64,000 nucleotides of DNA from Malacoraja senta (GCA_038087875.1 CM075978.1:102548001-102612000), one strand, 5' to 3'. Counted from the stretch's first letter, positions 13,561-25,249 are shown. Made by a program: numbers and translations. Notes: a model not told the origin generated them from the sequence alone.

Positions 13561-13625
13561 GTGGGAGGGGGGAGGGACTATAAAACCCGGAAGTGTTGTG
13601 CCTCACTCAGTCTCTGCAAGATGGA
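13561..13625 (+). promoter_or_regulatory. Pol II core-promoter-like cassette (TATA, ETS, Inr, YY1-like) inside the foldback element; repeated at 14254-14330 (+) and 14693-14750 (-)
   Basis: TATAAAA at 13579, CCGGAAGTG at 13587, TCAGTCT with its A at 13609 (30 nt after the TATA start) and CAAGATGG at 13617. Activity is untested. Confidence 0.45.
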
Positions 13626-13728
13626 GGAAGCGCGGGTCACGTCTCTCTGTGCTGTGAATAACACTGAACACATGTCTACTCAACTGTGAGTGCCCTTAAT
13701 GTGGTTTGAAAATGAAAATGTGGTAACT

Positions 13729-14056
13729 GGTTGTTGGCAGTGGTAACTGCTTTGAAATGCTGCACCACAAATGGTTGTTGGTGGTGGAAACTGCTTTGAA
13801 ATGCTGCACCGCAAATGGCTGTTGGTGGTGGGAACTGCTTTGAAATGCTGCACCGCAAATGGTTGTTGGTGGTGGTAATTGCTTTGAAATGCTGCACCGC
13901 AAATGGTTGTTGGTGGTGGTAACTGCTTTGAAATGCTGCACCGCAAATGGTTGTTGGTGGTGGTAACTGCTTTGAAATGCTGCACCGCAAATGGTTGTTG
14001 GTGGTGGTAACTGCTTTGAAATGCTGCACTGCAAATGGTTGTTGGTGGTGGTAACT
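13729..14056. repeat. 44-bp minisatellite, ~7.5 copies
   Basis: (c/t)tgctttgaaatgctgcac recurs at 13747, 13791, 13835, 13879, 13923, 13967 and 14011. Confidence 0.97.
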
Positions 14057-14434
14057 TCACAACTTCCTGTTTGCACTTTATATTGATTTTAAATAAAATG
14101 CTACCACTTACGGTTGTGATTTTTGGCCATCTTACTCAGTGCCCCTCCGCTCATCAGGTGCAGAGGATTCTTCCCATCAATGAAAAAATAAAAGTGTTAT
14201 TAGTGTTTAAAACAATGTTGAGAATCTCTCTCCTGTCAATCACACCGTAAAGGCCCCGCCCCGTCCGGTGGGAGGGGGAGGAATTATAAAACCCGGAAGT
14301 GTGGGTGTGGCTCAGTCTCGGCAAGATGGGGTAGAAAGAGGTCACGACTCTGTCCGAGCTGTGAATCAACTGAACACACTGAATGTCTACTGAACTGTGA
14401 GTGTGGTGTTTAGTGTGGTTTTATGGTGGTTTCT

Positions 14435-14565
14435 CCCTGCTTGAAATGGTATGAAACTGCATTTGAATGTGGTGGCCTTGCACCCTGCATGAAATGGTAT
14501 GAATCTGCACTTGAATTTAGTGGCCTTGCACCCTGCTTGAAATGGTATGAAACTGCACTTCAATT
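14435..14565. repeat. 48-bp minisatellite, ~2.7 copies
   Basis: ccctgc(t/a)tgaaatggtatgaa recurs at 14435, 14483 and 14531. Confidence 0.9.
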
Positions 14566-14964
14566 TGCAGTGCAGCATTTCAAAGCAGTTACCACATTTT
14601 CATTTTCAAACCACATTAAGGGCACTCACAGTTGAGTAGACATGTGTTCAGTGTTATTCACAGCTCAGAGAGACGTGACCCTCTCGCTTCCTCCATCTTG
14701 CAGAGACTGAGTGAGGCACAACACTTCCGGGTTTTATAGTACCTCCCCCCAGCAGGGGCAGGAGAGAGAATAACTCTTTTATTTTTAATCGATAAATCTT
14801 TTATTTTTCAGCGATGGGAAAAATCCTCTTGTCCTGCGCAGCAGAGGGGGACTCTGAGTAAGATGGCCAAAATTCACAGGCATAAGTGGCAGCGTATTTT
14901 CAAAAATCATGAAACAGAAAAACAGGAAGTGGTCAAGATCTTACTTTTAGTAATATAGATAGAT

Positions 14965-15263
14965 TGGGCGGCACAGTGGTAGAGTTGCTGCCTTACAGCA
15001 CTTGCAGCGCCGGAGACCCGGGGTCGATCCCAACTACGGATGCTGTCTATACAGAGTTTGAACGTTCTCCCCGTGACTGCGTAGGTTTTCTCCGAGATCT
15101 TCGGTTTCCTCCCACACTCAGAAGTACAGATTTGTAGGTTAATTGGCTTGGTATAAGTCCCTGCTGTGTGCAGGATAGCGTTAATGTGCAGCGGTCGTTG
15201 GTTGGTGCAGACTTGGTGGGCCAAAGGGTCTGTTTCCGCGCTGTATCTCTAAACTAAACTAAA
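14965..15263 (+). mobile_element. tRNA-derived V-SINE (HE1-like)
   Basis: A/B-box-like head (ggcacagtggtagag...ggtcgatccc), V-domain-like core (gagtttgaacgttctccccgtg...ggtttcctcccaca), CR1-like tail and (ctaaa)n. Confidence 0.85.
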
Positions 15264-16374
15264 TTGACAAAACATGGGAAATCCTCTCCTGCTGCGGAGA
15301 TTCACTGCTGACGATTGGTATATAAACAAGAAAAGTGGATTGTTTTGAGTTTTTCATCTTGGTTTTAACAGTTTCTCTGATTTTCCAGTTTTATTCAGAC
15401 ATTGTGAATGATTAGGGTCATGATGGAAATGAGGAGTGCAAGAATGCTGCAAGCCTTGAGGCACAATGGGAGATTGCAGATACCAAAATCTTCAGCAATA
15501 AATTGCTAGAGGAATACAACATGCAGCATGTGGAGGGGAAAATGGAGAATTGCCATTTCAGGTTTAGACCCTTCTTCAGCTGAGTCCAAAACACCATCTG
15601 TCCGTTTCCCCCCACAGATGCTGCATGACCTGCCGAGTTCCCCTGCAGTTTGTTTACAATTTAAGCTTCTATTATTTGTTTCCCTAGCACTAAAATATTC
15701 TGTTAGTTCTTTTAATTAACCAAGGCATTCTTTTGTGAAGTCCTCAAACAGAATTGGAGGAATTGCAGTAGATATCACCCACATAATAAGACTTTATTTA
15801 AAGTCTCAAAGGACTGGTGAGAAATATTGAGAACCATGGAATTAAAGCATCTTGGTAACATCAATAGGAAATCAGCTAACGGGCAGAAAAAAGGGGTTAT
15901 TTTTCAGGCTAAAGAATGGTAAAATAGTATTGTTCACCAGAAGTCAGCGCTGGCTTTCTGATACATCAATGATGGAAGACATGCGTGTGCCAAAGCAACA
16001 TTCTGAATTTTCAAATATTACGAAACTCAGAAATGTGTTAAACAGTCACGAGGGTAGTGCTGTGGGTGCTCCTTTAACTAGCAGTTGATTTACCATCTTA
16101 CATGTTAAGGGTTTCAAAGGACCAAGCTGTCAGTTTAAAAAGCTCATGCTTTCAGCCTTAAAAGCCTGTCTCCAGAGAGTCCAGTAAAAATATAACTGCA
16201 GTAATACAGTAAATGCATTTGCTGGTTAAGAATACAGGAAGAGTACATTAGTGATTAACCCTTTCAAGGTTATTTACACAGTATTGTATTCAAGTGAGTC
16301 ATGCAGCACTGCACTTGTCTGCTGATGGAAACCTGTGATTGTGACCAATGAAAATAAACTGTGTGCTTGAGAGG

Positions 16375-16472
16375 GTACACAAAAGTGCTGGGGAAACTCA
16401 GCGGGTGAGGCAGCATCTATGGAGCGAAGGAAATAGGCGACGTTTCGGGTCGAGAGGCTTCTTCAGACTTGA
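16375..16472 (-). mobile_element. 98-bp Penelope-derived insertion with 14-bp TSD and a degenerate hammerhead motif
   Basis: gtgtgcttgagagg is duplicated at 16361-16374 and 16473-16486. Confidence 0.8.
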
Positions 16473-16534
16473 GTGTGCTTGAGAGGTTCAGGTGCCACAG
16501 TAAAACAACTCACAAAGACTAAATATTTGAACCA

Positions 16535-16992
16535 GGAGGACTCTCTCGAACTTCTACAGATGCACAGTGGAGAGCATGATGACCGGTTGCATCGTGGCTT
16601 GGTTCGGCAACTTGAGCGTCCAGGAGCGGAAAAGGTTGCAAAAAGTTGTAAACACTGCCCAGTCCATCATCGGCTCTGACCTCCCTCCCATCGAGGGGAT
16701 CTACCGCAGTCGCTGCCTCAAAAAGGCTGCCAACATCATCAAGGACCCACACCATCCTGGCCACACACTCATCTCTCCGTTGCCATCAGGTAGAAGGTAC
16801 AGGAGCCTGAAATCTGCAACATCCAGGTTCAGGAACAGCTGCTTCCACAGCCATCAGACTATTAAACACAACTTCAAACAAACTCTGAACTATAACAGCC
16901 TATTGCACTTTATCTGTTTATTTATGTGTGTGTGTGTATATATATTTCATTGTCCTATCTGGGACACATGACAATAAACTCTCTTGACTTGA
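16535..16992 (+). mobile_element. Rex1/Babar-like LINE 3' fragment
   Basis: ORF 16567-16971 (ESMMTGCIVAWFGN...PLPSGRRYR) followed by AATAAA and a (cttga)n tail. Confidence 0.88.
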
Positions 16993-17199
16993 AGTACCGT
17001 GTAATCTTCTTGATGCCTTTTGACACTATCCACATATTTGAATTATCCGTGGGGGTGCACCTCTCCATTATCCTGGATAACAGAGGGTCGATTGCAGCGC
17101 ACTACAACTCACAGAAAGGCTTTGAATGGACAGATCAGCGGCGGGGACATTTTAATAGAGAGGTGCGATGTGATACAGTTTGGTAGAAAGTTCAAACAA

Positions 17200-19425
17200 T
17201 CTATATCTTAAGTTCTGAAGAACATGCAAGGCAGTAATCTCTGGATTACTCTGAGTGCCACGTGCCAGTGATTGGAGGAAAAGGAAGTTAAGACAGATGA
17301 ATGCATGGCTAAGGCATTGGTGCAGAGGGCAAGGATTCAGATTTTTGTGCCACTGGGATCTCAACTGGGGCAGAGCTGATGTATGCAAGAGAGGTGGGTG
17401 CTCATGAAGTGTAGGGGGAACAATATGGAAGGCAGGTTGGCTAGTGCTACTAGGAAGGGTTTAAACTAGATTAGCATGGAGACAACAGCCAATACAGTTG
17501 TGAGGCAGCTTGGAGGCTGCAAGTCCAGTCAGAAGGTAATGACAGCAAGTTCCGTGGACAGGGTAGGACGGAGCACTTTAGGGAGCATAGAAATACTGTT
17601 GAATTAAATTGCATTTGTTTAAATTTAAGAGTCCCTACTGGCAAGGTGGATGAACTCATGGCACGGATACTTGTGACTGGGAGTTTATAGCCATTACAGA
17701 ATCTCGGCTCTAGGAGTGCAGGTCTGGCAGCTTAATGTTCCAGGATACAGGTGTTACAGGTGAGATGATGGTGGGGTTTAATAATAATAATAATAATAAT
17801 GGATTGGATTTATATAGCGCCTTTCTAATACTCAAGGCGCTTTACATCGCATTATTCATTCACTCCTCAGTCACACTCGGTGGTGGTGAGCTACTTCTGT
17901 AGCCACAGTTTAGGGAGGAGGAGGATTTGTTTTATTGATTAAAAATTTCCAGGCAGTAGCCCAAGATGACATTACTGTGGGATGGTCCAGTGAGGCTAAG
18001 TAGGAGGAGCTGAAAAGTGAAAAAGGATGATCACCTTGCTGGGAATGTACCATAGGTCTTCAAATTATCAACAGGAAATAGCAGAACAAATATGCAGGGA
18101 GATTGCAGGCAGCTGCAAGATTAATAGGGTGGTCATGGTAGGGAGTTTAAACTTTCCTAATATAGACTGGGACTGCCATAGTATTGAGGGCTCAGATGGG
18201 GTTGAATGTGTCAAGTGTTCAGGAACGTTTTCCCATGCATTATATAGAGGGCTCTACAAGGGAGAGGGCAAAGCTTGACCTACTCTTAGGAAATAGAGCG
18301 GGGGCAACTGACTGAAGTGTCAGTGAGGGAGGAGATGGGCAAGGTCCTCAATGAATGTTTCCTGTTTTATTTTCAGACACAGACATGAAGATTAGGGAAC
18401 TTGGGAATGTTGATGGAGATGTGGAGGACAGTCGGTATTACAGTCGAGGAGATGTAGAATGTCCCAAAGCATATGTATGTAGATAAATCTCTTGGGCATG
18501 ATCATTTACATCCAAGGACCGAGAGAAGCTGGAGAAGGAATTGCAGGAGCCCTAGCCGTGAGATACAAATTATTATTAGACAGGGGTGAGGAGCTGGAAA
18601 ACTGAAGAATGACTCCTAATTACTGGAGAAGATTCAGAGGGATGATATACATGCATTTGTAAAGCAGGGGTTGATTTGGGATATAGTCTGCATAGTTTTG
18701 TGCACGGATGATGTGACTTAAAATAAATATATCAAATTTGTAAGTAATCAAGGTTGATGAGGGAAGGATTATAGACATAGTCTATATGGACTTCAGCAAG
18801 ACCTTTGATTAGGTGAAGCAGGGTTGGGTGCTCTGGAATGTGAGAGCATGAAATCCAGAGAGAACTGGCTAACAGGATAAAGAACTGGCTTCATAGTGGG
18901 AAGCAGAAGGTGGTGAAAGGCTGTTTTTCGCACTGTGATTAGTAGTGTGCCTCAGGGATCAATGCTGAACCCACTGCTATTTGTCATCTATAATCAATGA
19001 TTTGAATGAGAATGTCCAAGGCATTATTAGTAAGTTTGCAGAATTCATTATTATGGGTGGTATTGTAATCAGTAAAGATGGTTACCCCGAATTATGACAG
19101 GATCTTAATCAGCTGAGTAAGTGGACCAAGAAAATGCAAATTAAGTTAAATGAGAGATGTTGCATTTTGGGAAGTCAAACCAGGACAGGATGTTTGCAGT
19201 GAAAGGTAGGAGAGTTTGATAGAACAATGCAATCTAGATACTAGTCATAGTTCCCTGAAAGTGGCATCACAAGTAGACAGGATGGCGAAGGCAGCTTTTG
19301 GCTTACGAGGTTACGGGGAGAAGGCAGGAGAATGGGTTTGAAGGAAAGATAAATCAGCCCAGATTGAATGATAGAGTAGATTCGATGGGCCAAATGGCCT
19401 AATTCTACTTCCATGACTAATGAAC
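17200..19425 (+). mobile_element. Old, degraded CR1 LINE retaining the ORF1 (esterase-like) C-terminus plus EN and RT remnants
   Basis: From 17234 it reads VISGLL*VPRASDWRKRKLRQMNAWLRHWCRGQGFRFL. ORF 18027-18278 gives EQICREIA...GSLNFPNIDW. RT-motif DNA is at 18780-19050 and the CR1 tail at ~19320-19410. Confidence 0.8.
17781..17907 (-). mobile_element. Short SINE 3' fragment with an L2-type tail and (tta)n, nested in the old CR1
   Basis: Minus strand ends gtaaagcgccttgagtattagaaaggcgctatataaat...(tta)n. gttta is duplicated at 17776-17780 and 17908-17912. Confidence 0.7.
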
Positions 19426-21107
19426 ATATGAATACCACGATTAATCTAAACATGTGCCTTAAGTAGATGGTTCAAGGGCTGGAGGATACAAAGAGATGGG
19501 GAGTGTGTGGCAGCCAGAAAGGAAAATTGTAACTGTCTCAAATTCAATGCAGGAAGGGCACTGGAGTCAATTATTGACTATGTACAGGAAATTGGTTAAT
19601 TTGCAGGGCAATGGGGAAAGAGCAGGAGGATGGAACTGATGGAAATGCTATTCAAGCTGGCAAAGACTTAGTGGTCAGAATGGTCGCCTGTCATTTAACC
19701 TTGAATAAAATAGTGTCAGTAATTCCCCCACAATATTTACCAACCAAAATCCAAAGCTATTCAGCAATGCCACTGTGTGTTTATGCTGGTCATCTCATGC
19801 CTTCCTATATTATAGGGGTTAATTATGTTCTATTACAGCACTTAGAGCCCTTGTCAACCAAGATAAGTACATTTGCTTTTAATAGAGAATGATCAATGGG
19901 AAGGATTAGATAGGAAAAAAATAGTTGACAGAAGTAATTCCATTAAAAAAAGTTATGTACTACATTAGGGATGAATATCAAGATAATTGACTTTCAAAAA
20001 AAATAAAACTGGTTCTCAGCATAAAATTGTTCCCGAATGTTAAAATGATTTAATGACTAATGTTCCTCTCAATTACATTAACTTCAGATACTTCTGACAT
20101 TTTTTATGGATGTCTAATAATCTTAGTCTTTATAAATTTATTGCCCTATTCAATATCATAGATTTAAAATGTAATTTAGCTTAAAATATTGTAGTTTTAC
20201 TTTTTTTTTTATTAGAATAGCACGTTAATTTAAATTGTTAGTATCTGATAGCTTTACAATTTGCGAAAATTTGTAACATTATATCTTACAATATTATTAC
20301 GTACTCCGTGGTGGTTTAAAAATAGATACAACAGCAGGTGATATTGTACTGTTGCAAACTATGATGCAATAGAATATAAATTACAGTATATTGATATACA
20401 ATTTGAGGTATGAGGAACTATTTAAATGATATGCTTTCAAAATGTCATGACAACCGAGATAATGTTGTTCATAAGTTTCCATTTTCCAACAGTCAATACT
20501 TTACTGTAACACTATGTCAATCCTACTACCGTCTTCTACATGGCTTAGAGTCAACATGGTATAACTTACTTAACCCAAAGTTTCATGACGCCAGAGAATC
20601 ACAATTGTTCTCAAAATTATTGCTGAAATTTGCTATCCAATTTCTATCAAAATATCCAAACCAGAATTATGGAACAAAGTGAGGAAGATGGACTGCATAA
20701 AAGTTGATGATACACCAGGCAACATTATACCCATGCCTGCGGTTTACCACAATGCTAATCAATCCACACTGCCAAGATTTGTTGAATGCTCTTCTCTTGA
20801 CATGATGTAGTTTTATGTAATTTCTTAGTTTATTAAGTAACAACATTCAAATAGAATTACTAAATACATTTGAGAATGAAGATAGTGATGAAAAATAAAA
20901 AATACAATTAACAGGATTTATTTTTAAACTATAGCTGTCTACCAAACTGCGGTGTTTTTCTTGCACTGTTTTGTCTCAGTTTTTAAAAAAGCTATTTGAA
21001 TTTTATCTTAATACAAACTGAATTTGTATTGTTATACAGCATTTCATTTGGTCAAATTTCAGCTTTTCTATGAATCCAGTCAGTCCTCAGTCCCCCCCGC
21101 CCCCCAG

Positions 21108-21360
21108 TAGAATGAGTGCAGGGAAGATTTATGAGGATATTGCCAGAACTTGAGGGTCTGAGCTATTGGGGACATTGGGCAAGCTCAGGTTTTACTCCTG
21201 CAGGAGATCCTACAAAGATGTATAAAATCATGAGGGAATAGATAGGGTGAATGCGCAGGGTCTTTTACCCAGGTTAGGGGAATCAAGAACCAGAGGACAT
21301 AGGCTTAAGGTGAGAGGGGAAAGATTTAATAGGAACCTGTGGGGCATAATTTTTACTCGA
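21108..21360 (+). mobile_element. Degenerate CR1 3' fragment
   Basis: Similar to 7760-8035 of the intact CR1 copy. Confidence 0.7.
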
Positions 21361-22382
21361 TAGCATCATGCATACCTGGACATACCAACAAGCAACATTC
21401 ACCTATCAATCTTTCATTCAGGACCTTGGCCAAACATTCCCATATTCCAATTAAATTATTCCAATTATAATATTACATTTATCACTGCTAAAAGACTCAC
21501 ATCTATATTTTTTCAAAATACCATCCATTCACAAGTGGTGGAAATACTTAATCCTCAGTAACAATCAGTACGGGAGCAGCTCAAGGCTGCGTGCTCAGCC
21601 CTCTGCTCTACTCACTCTATATGCATGACTGCGTTGCCAGACATAGTGCGAACTCCATGATCAAGTTCGCCAACGACACCACCGTTGTTGGACGAATTAC
21701 AGATGATGATGAGTCAGAATATAGATCGACCGATTGACCAAATGGTGCCAGCACAACAACCCGGCTCTCAAGTTGTCCTACAACTTTAGGCTGTGCACGC
21801 CATACGCAAGAAGAAGAACCTGGCTCTCAATATCAGTAAAACCAAGGAACTGATTATGGACTTTGGAAGAGGAAGGATGAGGACCCACAATCCTGTTTAT
21901 ATCAACGGAACAATGGTGGAGAGTCTAAAACTTCAAATTCCTGGGCGATTATGGAGATTCGGTATGTCAAAGAGGATTTTCCTGAACCGCTACAGGTGCA
22001 CACTGGAGAGCATACTGACTGGTTGCATCGTGGCCTGATTCGGCAACTTGAACATCCAGGAGCGGAAAAGACTGCAAAAAGTTGTGACCATTGTCCAGTC
22101 CATCATCAGCTCTGACCTACCTACCATCAAAGGGATTTATTGGTGTCGCTGCCATAAAAGGCAGCCAACATCATCAGAGACCCACACCACCCTGGCCACA
22201 CACTCATTTCACCACTGCCATCGGGAAGAAGGTACCGTATACTGTAACGTCCAGGTTCAGGAACAGCTTCTTCCCTTCAGCCATCAGGCTATTAAACACG
22301 ACAACAAATAAGCTCTGAACTACAACAGACCATTATTATTATTGCACTATGTTTGTTTCTTGAGTATGTGTGTATGTGTATA

Positions 22383-23972
22383 CAGTGGCTTGCAAAAGTT
22401 TTCATACCCCTTGAACCTTTCCACATTTTGTCACGTTACAACCACAAACGTAAATGTATTTTATTGGGATTTTATGTGATAGACCAACACAAAGTGGTGC
22501 ATAATTGTGAAGTGGAAGGAAAATGATACATGGTTTTCAAATTTTTTACAAATAAAAAATTGAAAAGTGTGGCATGCAAAAGTATTCAGCCCCCCCGAGT
22601 CAATACTTTGTAGAACCACCTTTCGCTGCAATTACAGCTGCAAGTCTTTTGGGGTATGTCTCTACCAGCTTTGCACATCTAGAGACTGACATTTTTGCCC
22701 ATTCTTCTTTGCAAAATAGCTCAAGCTCAATCTATTGGATGTGAACAGCAATTTTCAAGTCTTGCCAGAGATTCTCAATTGGATTTAGGTCTGGACTTTG
22801 ACTGGGCCATTCTAACACATGAATATGCTTTGATCTAAACCATTCCATTGTAGTTTTGGCTGTATGTTTAGGGTCGTTGTCCTGCTGGAAGGTGAACCTC
22901 CACCCCAGTCTCAAGTCTTTTGCAGACTCTAACAGGTTTTCTTCCAAGATTGCCCTGTATTTGGCTCCATCCATTTTCCCATCAACTCTGACCAGCTTCC
23001 CTGTCCCTGCTGAAGAAAAGCATCCCCACAGCATGATGCTGCTACCACCATGTTTCACAGTGGGGATGGTGTGTTCAAGGTGATGGGCAGTGTTAGGTTT
23101 CCGCCACACATAGCGTTTTGCATTTAGGCCAAAAACTTCAATTTTGGTCTCATCTGACCAGAGCACCTTCCTCCACATGTTTGCTGTGTCCCCCACATGG
23201 CTTGTGGCAAACTGCAAACGGGACTTCTTATGGCTTTTTTTCAACAATGGCTTTCTTCTTGCCACTCTTCCATAAAGGCCCAATTTGTGGAGTGCACGAC
23301 TAATAGTTGTCCTGTGGACAGATTCTCCCACCTGAGCTATGGATCTCTGCAGCTCCTCCAGAGTTACCATGGGTCTCTTGGCTGCTTCTCTGATCAATGC
23401 TCTCCTTGCCCGGCCTGTCAGTTTAGGTGGACGGCCATGTCTTGGTAAGTTTGCAGTTGTGCCATACTCTTTCCATTTTCGGATGATGGATTGAACAGTG
23501 CTCCGTGAGATGTTCAAAGCTTGGGATATTTGTTTATAACCTAACCCTGCTTTAAACTTCTCCACAACTTTATCCCTGACCTGTCTGGTGTGTTCCTTGG
23601 GCTTCATGATGCTGTTTGTTCACTAATGTTCACTAACAAACCTCTGAGGCCTTCACAGAACAGCTGTATTTATACTACGATTAGATTACACACAAGTGGA
23701 CTCTATTTACTAATTAGGTGACTTCTGAAGGCAATTGGTTGCACTGGATTTTATTTAGGGGTATCAGAGTAAAGGGGGCTGAATACTTTTTCAGTTTTTT
23801 ATTTGTAAAAAAATTTGAAAACCATGTATCATTTTCCTTCCACTTCACAATTATGCGCCACTTTGTGTTGGTCTATCACATAAAATCCCAATAAAATACA
23901 TTTACGTTTGTGGTTGTAACGTGACAAAATGTGGAAAAGTTCAAGGGGTATGAATACTTTTGCAAGCCACTG
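22383..23972 (-). mobile_element. Tc1/mariner DNA transposon (DD34E, Passport-like) with ~200-bp TIRs and TA TSD
   Basis: TA|CAGTGGCTTGCAAAAGT...ACTTTTGCAAGCCACTG|TA, with long inverted repeats and a transposase ORF inside. Confidence 0.96.
22600..23607 (-). pseudogene. Tc1 transposase, intact for ~289 codons, then frameshifted near 22740; the remaining C-terminus is in another frame
   Basis: HTH region, GRPPKL, VLWSDETK, FQQDNDPKH and SPDLNPIENLW, with 34 residues between the second D and E. The downstream frame gives ELELFCKEEWAKMSVSRCAKLVETYPKRLAAVIAAKGGSTKY*. Confidence 0.93.
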
Positions 23973-25019
23973 TATATACACACTGAACCTTTTCTCTCTC
24001 GTTTCTGTACTATGTTTACATATTCTGTTGTGCTGCAGCAAATAAGAATTTCATTGTTCTATCTGGGACATGTGACAATAAAACACTCTCGACATCAACT
24101 GCTACTGCTTGGATTTGTAAATTGTTATTATGGCTTGAAACTCAATCAACCAACTCTTGTATCGGTGAGTTTACACCGGCACTTCAATATAGTATGCAAA
24201 CTAACACATTTACATTTATTTTTAGGATTCGTTGAGTTGGAGGAAATTTATCTGGTAAAAAGGCATTGTGTGCACATCTCCATCTATTGTACAAGAACAA
24301 AATTGCTTGCAATTTTCCATTCAAACACTCAATATTCTAGGATCTGCAAAAATGGTCTGGAAATCAAAATGGATGTATTACTTTAAATTCTGCATGCTTC
24401 ATTAAAATATGTTTGCCCCGCTAAAAAGACACTCTAGATTTTCCGTGTTCTGTACCTATACAATTAAACTAATGCATAAAAGTCAGATAGATGTCAAATA
24501 ATTCTAAACAGTTTCCCAGTTTCTAAACAGAAATGCAAAGCAAAAATCACACTCAAGACTTTAAATAAAGCAATCCAGCAATGCTCTTGAACACATTGAA
24601 GTCGGAACTGGACACAAGTATTTAAAGTTTCTAAAATGCCTATTGTTTATGACTAATACTGATCGCAATGATTTTCAATTGCAACGTTGAATCAGATGCA
24701 AGGACTGATCCAGAAGATGTTTAGTGCATACGAGTTTTGGAATCAACTTCAACGCTGGTCATCTTCTAAATAATTACTAATGCAGGAATGTTACCTCTAC
24801 TGCTGTATGATTTTTTTTTGGAAACACTTCAAGAATTTTAAATGTGTTTGTTAGCAATCTTCAAAATAGAAGAGAAACCTGACCTTTTTTCAGTCAATAT
24901 AATTTTCCAAAATCATGGAACTGCACTTGCAGATATTTCTACCTCGATCTTGAAGTTAACAAACCATGTTATATTTGTGGCATTTACTGCTTTCAACATC
25001 TCAAACAAATGAATTCCAC

Positions 25020-25249
25020 TGTAGACACAAAATGCTGGAGTAACTCAGCGGGACAGGCAACATCTCTGGAGAGAAGGAATGGGTAACATTTTGGGTCGAG
25101 ACCCTTCTTCTGAAGGAGGTCTGAAGAAAGGGGCTCGACCCAAAATGTCACCCATTCCTTCTCTCCAGAGATGCTGCCTGACCCGCTGAGTTACTCCGGC
25201 ATTTTGTGTCTATCTTCAGTTCAAAACAGCATCTGCAGTTCCTTCCTAC
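25020..25249. mobile_element. 230-bp palindromic Penelope-derived insertion (two inverted terminal-repeat fragments) with 15-bp TSD
   Basis: Arms ~25021-25110 and ~25121-25212 are reverse complements. acaaatgaattccac is duplicated at 25005-25019 and 25250-25264. Confidence 0.88.

Larger units (their letters stand above)
13390..14959. mobile_element. Non-autonomous foldback element with ~380-bp inverted arms and Helitron-like 5' termini (TCTATATTACTAAAAG) at both ends
   Basis: The first 44 bp are a perfect inverted repeat of the last 44 bp, and the arms stay similar over roughly 13390-13770 versus 14560-14959. It sits between A and T with no clear TSD. The Helitron assignment is inferred from the terminus only. 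Confidence 0.7.
21550..24092 (+). mobile_element. Rex1/Babar-like LINE 3' fragment (21550-22382), split by a Tc1 insertion; its tail resumes at 23973-24092
   Basis: [23 protein letters not shown]-type DNA and ORFs 21793-22038 and 22048-22311. The sequence after the Tc1 (cattgttctatctgggacatgtgacaataaa) matches the Rex1 tail at ~16950-16980. Confidence 0.85.

Noticed and set aside
13676-14076. Three overlapping repetitive ORFs on the minus strand
   Set aside because: They are an artefact of a stop-free 44-bp tandem repeat; the peptide simply cycles through the three frames.
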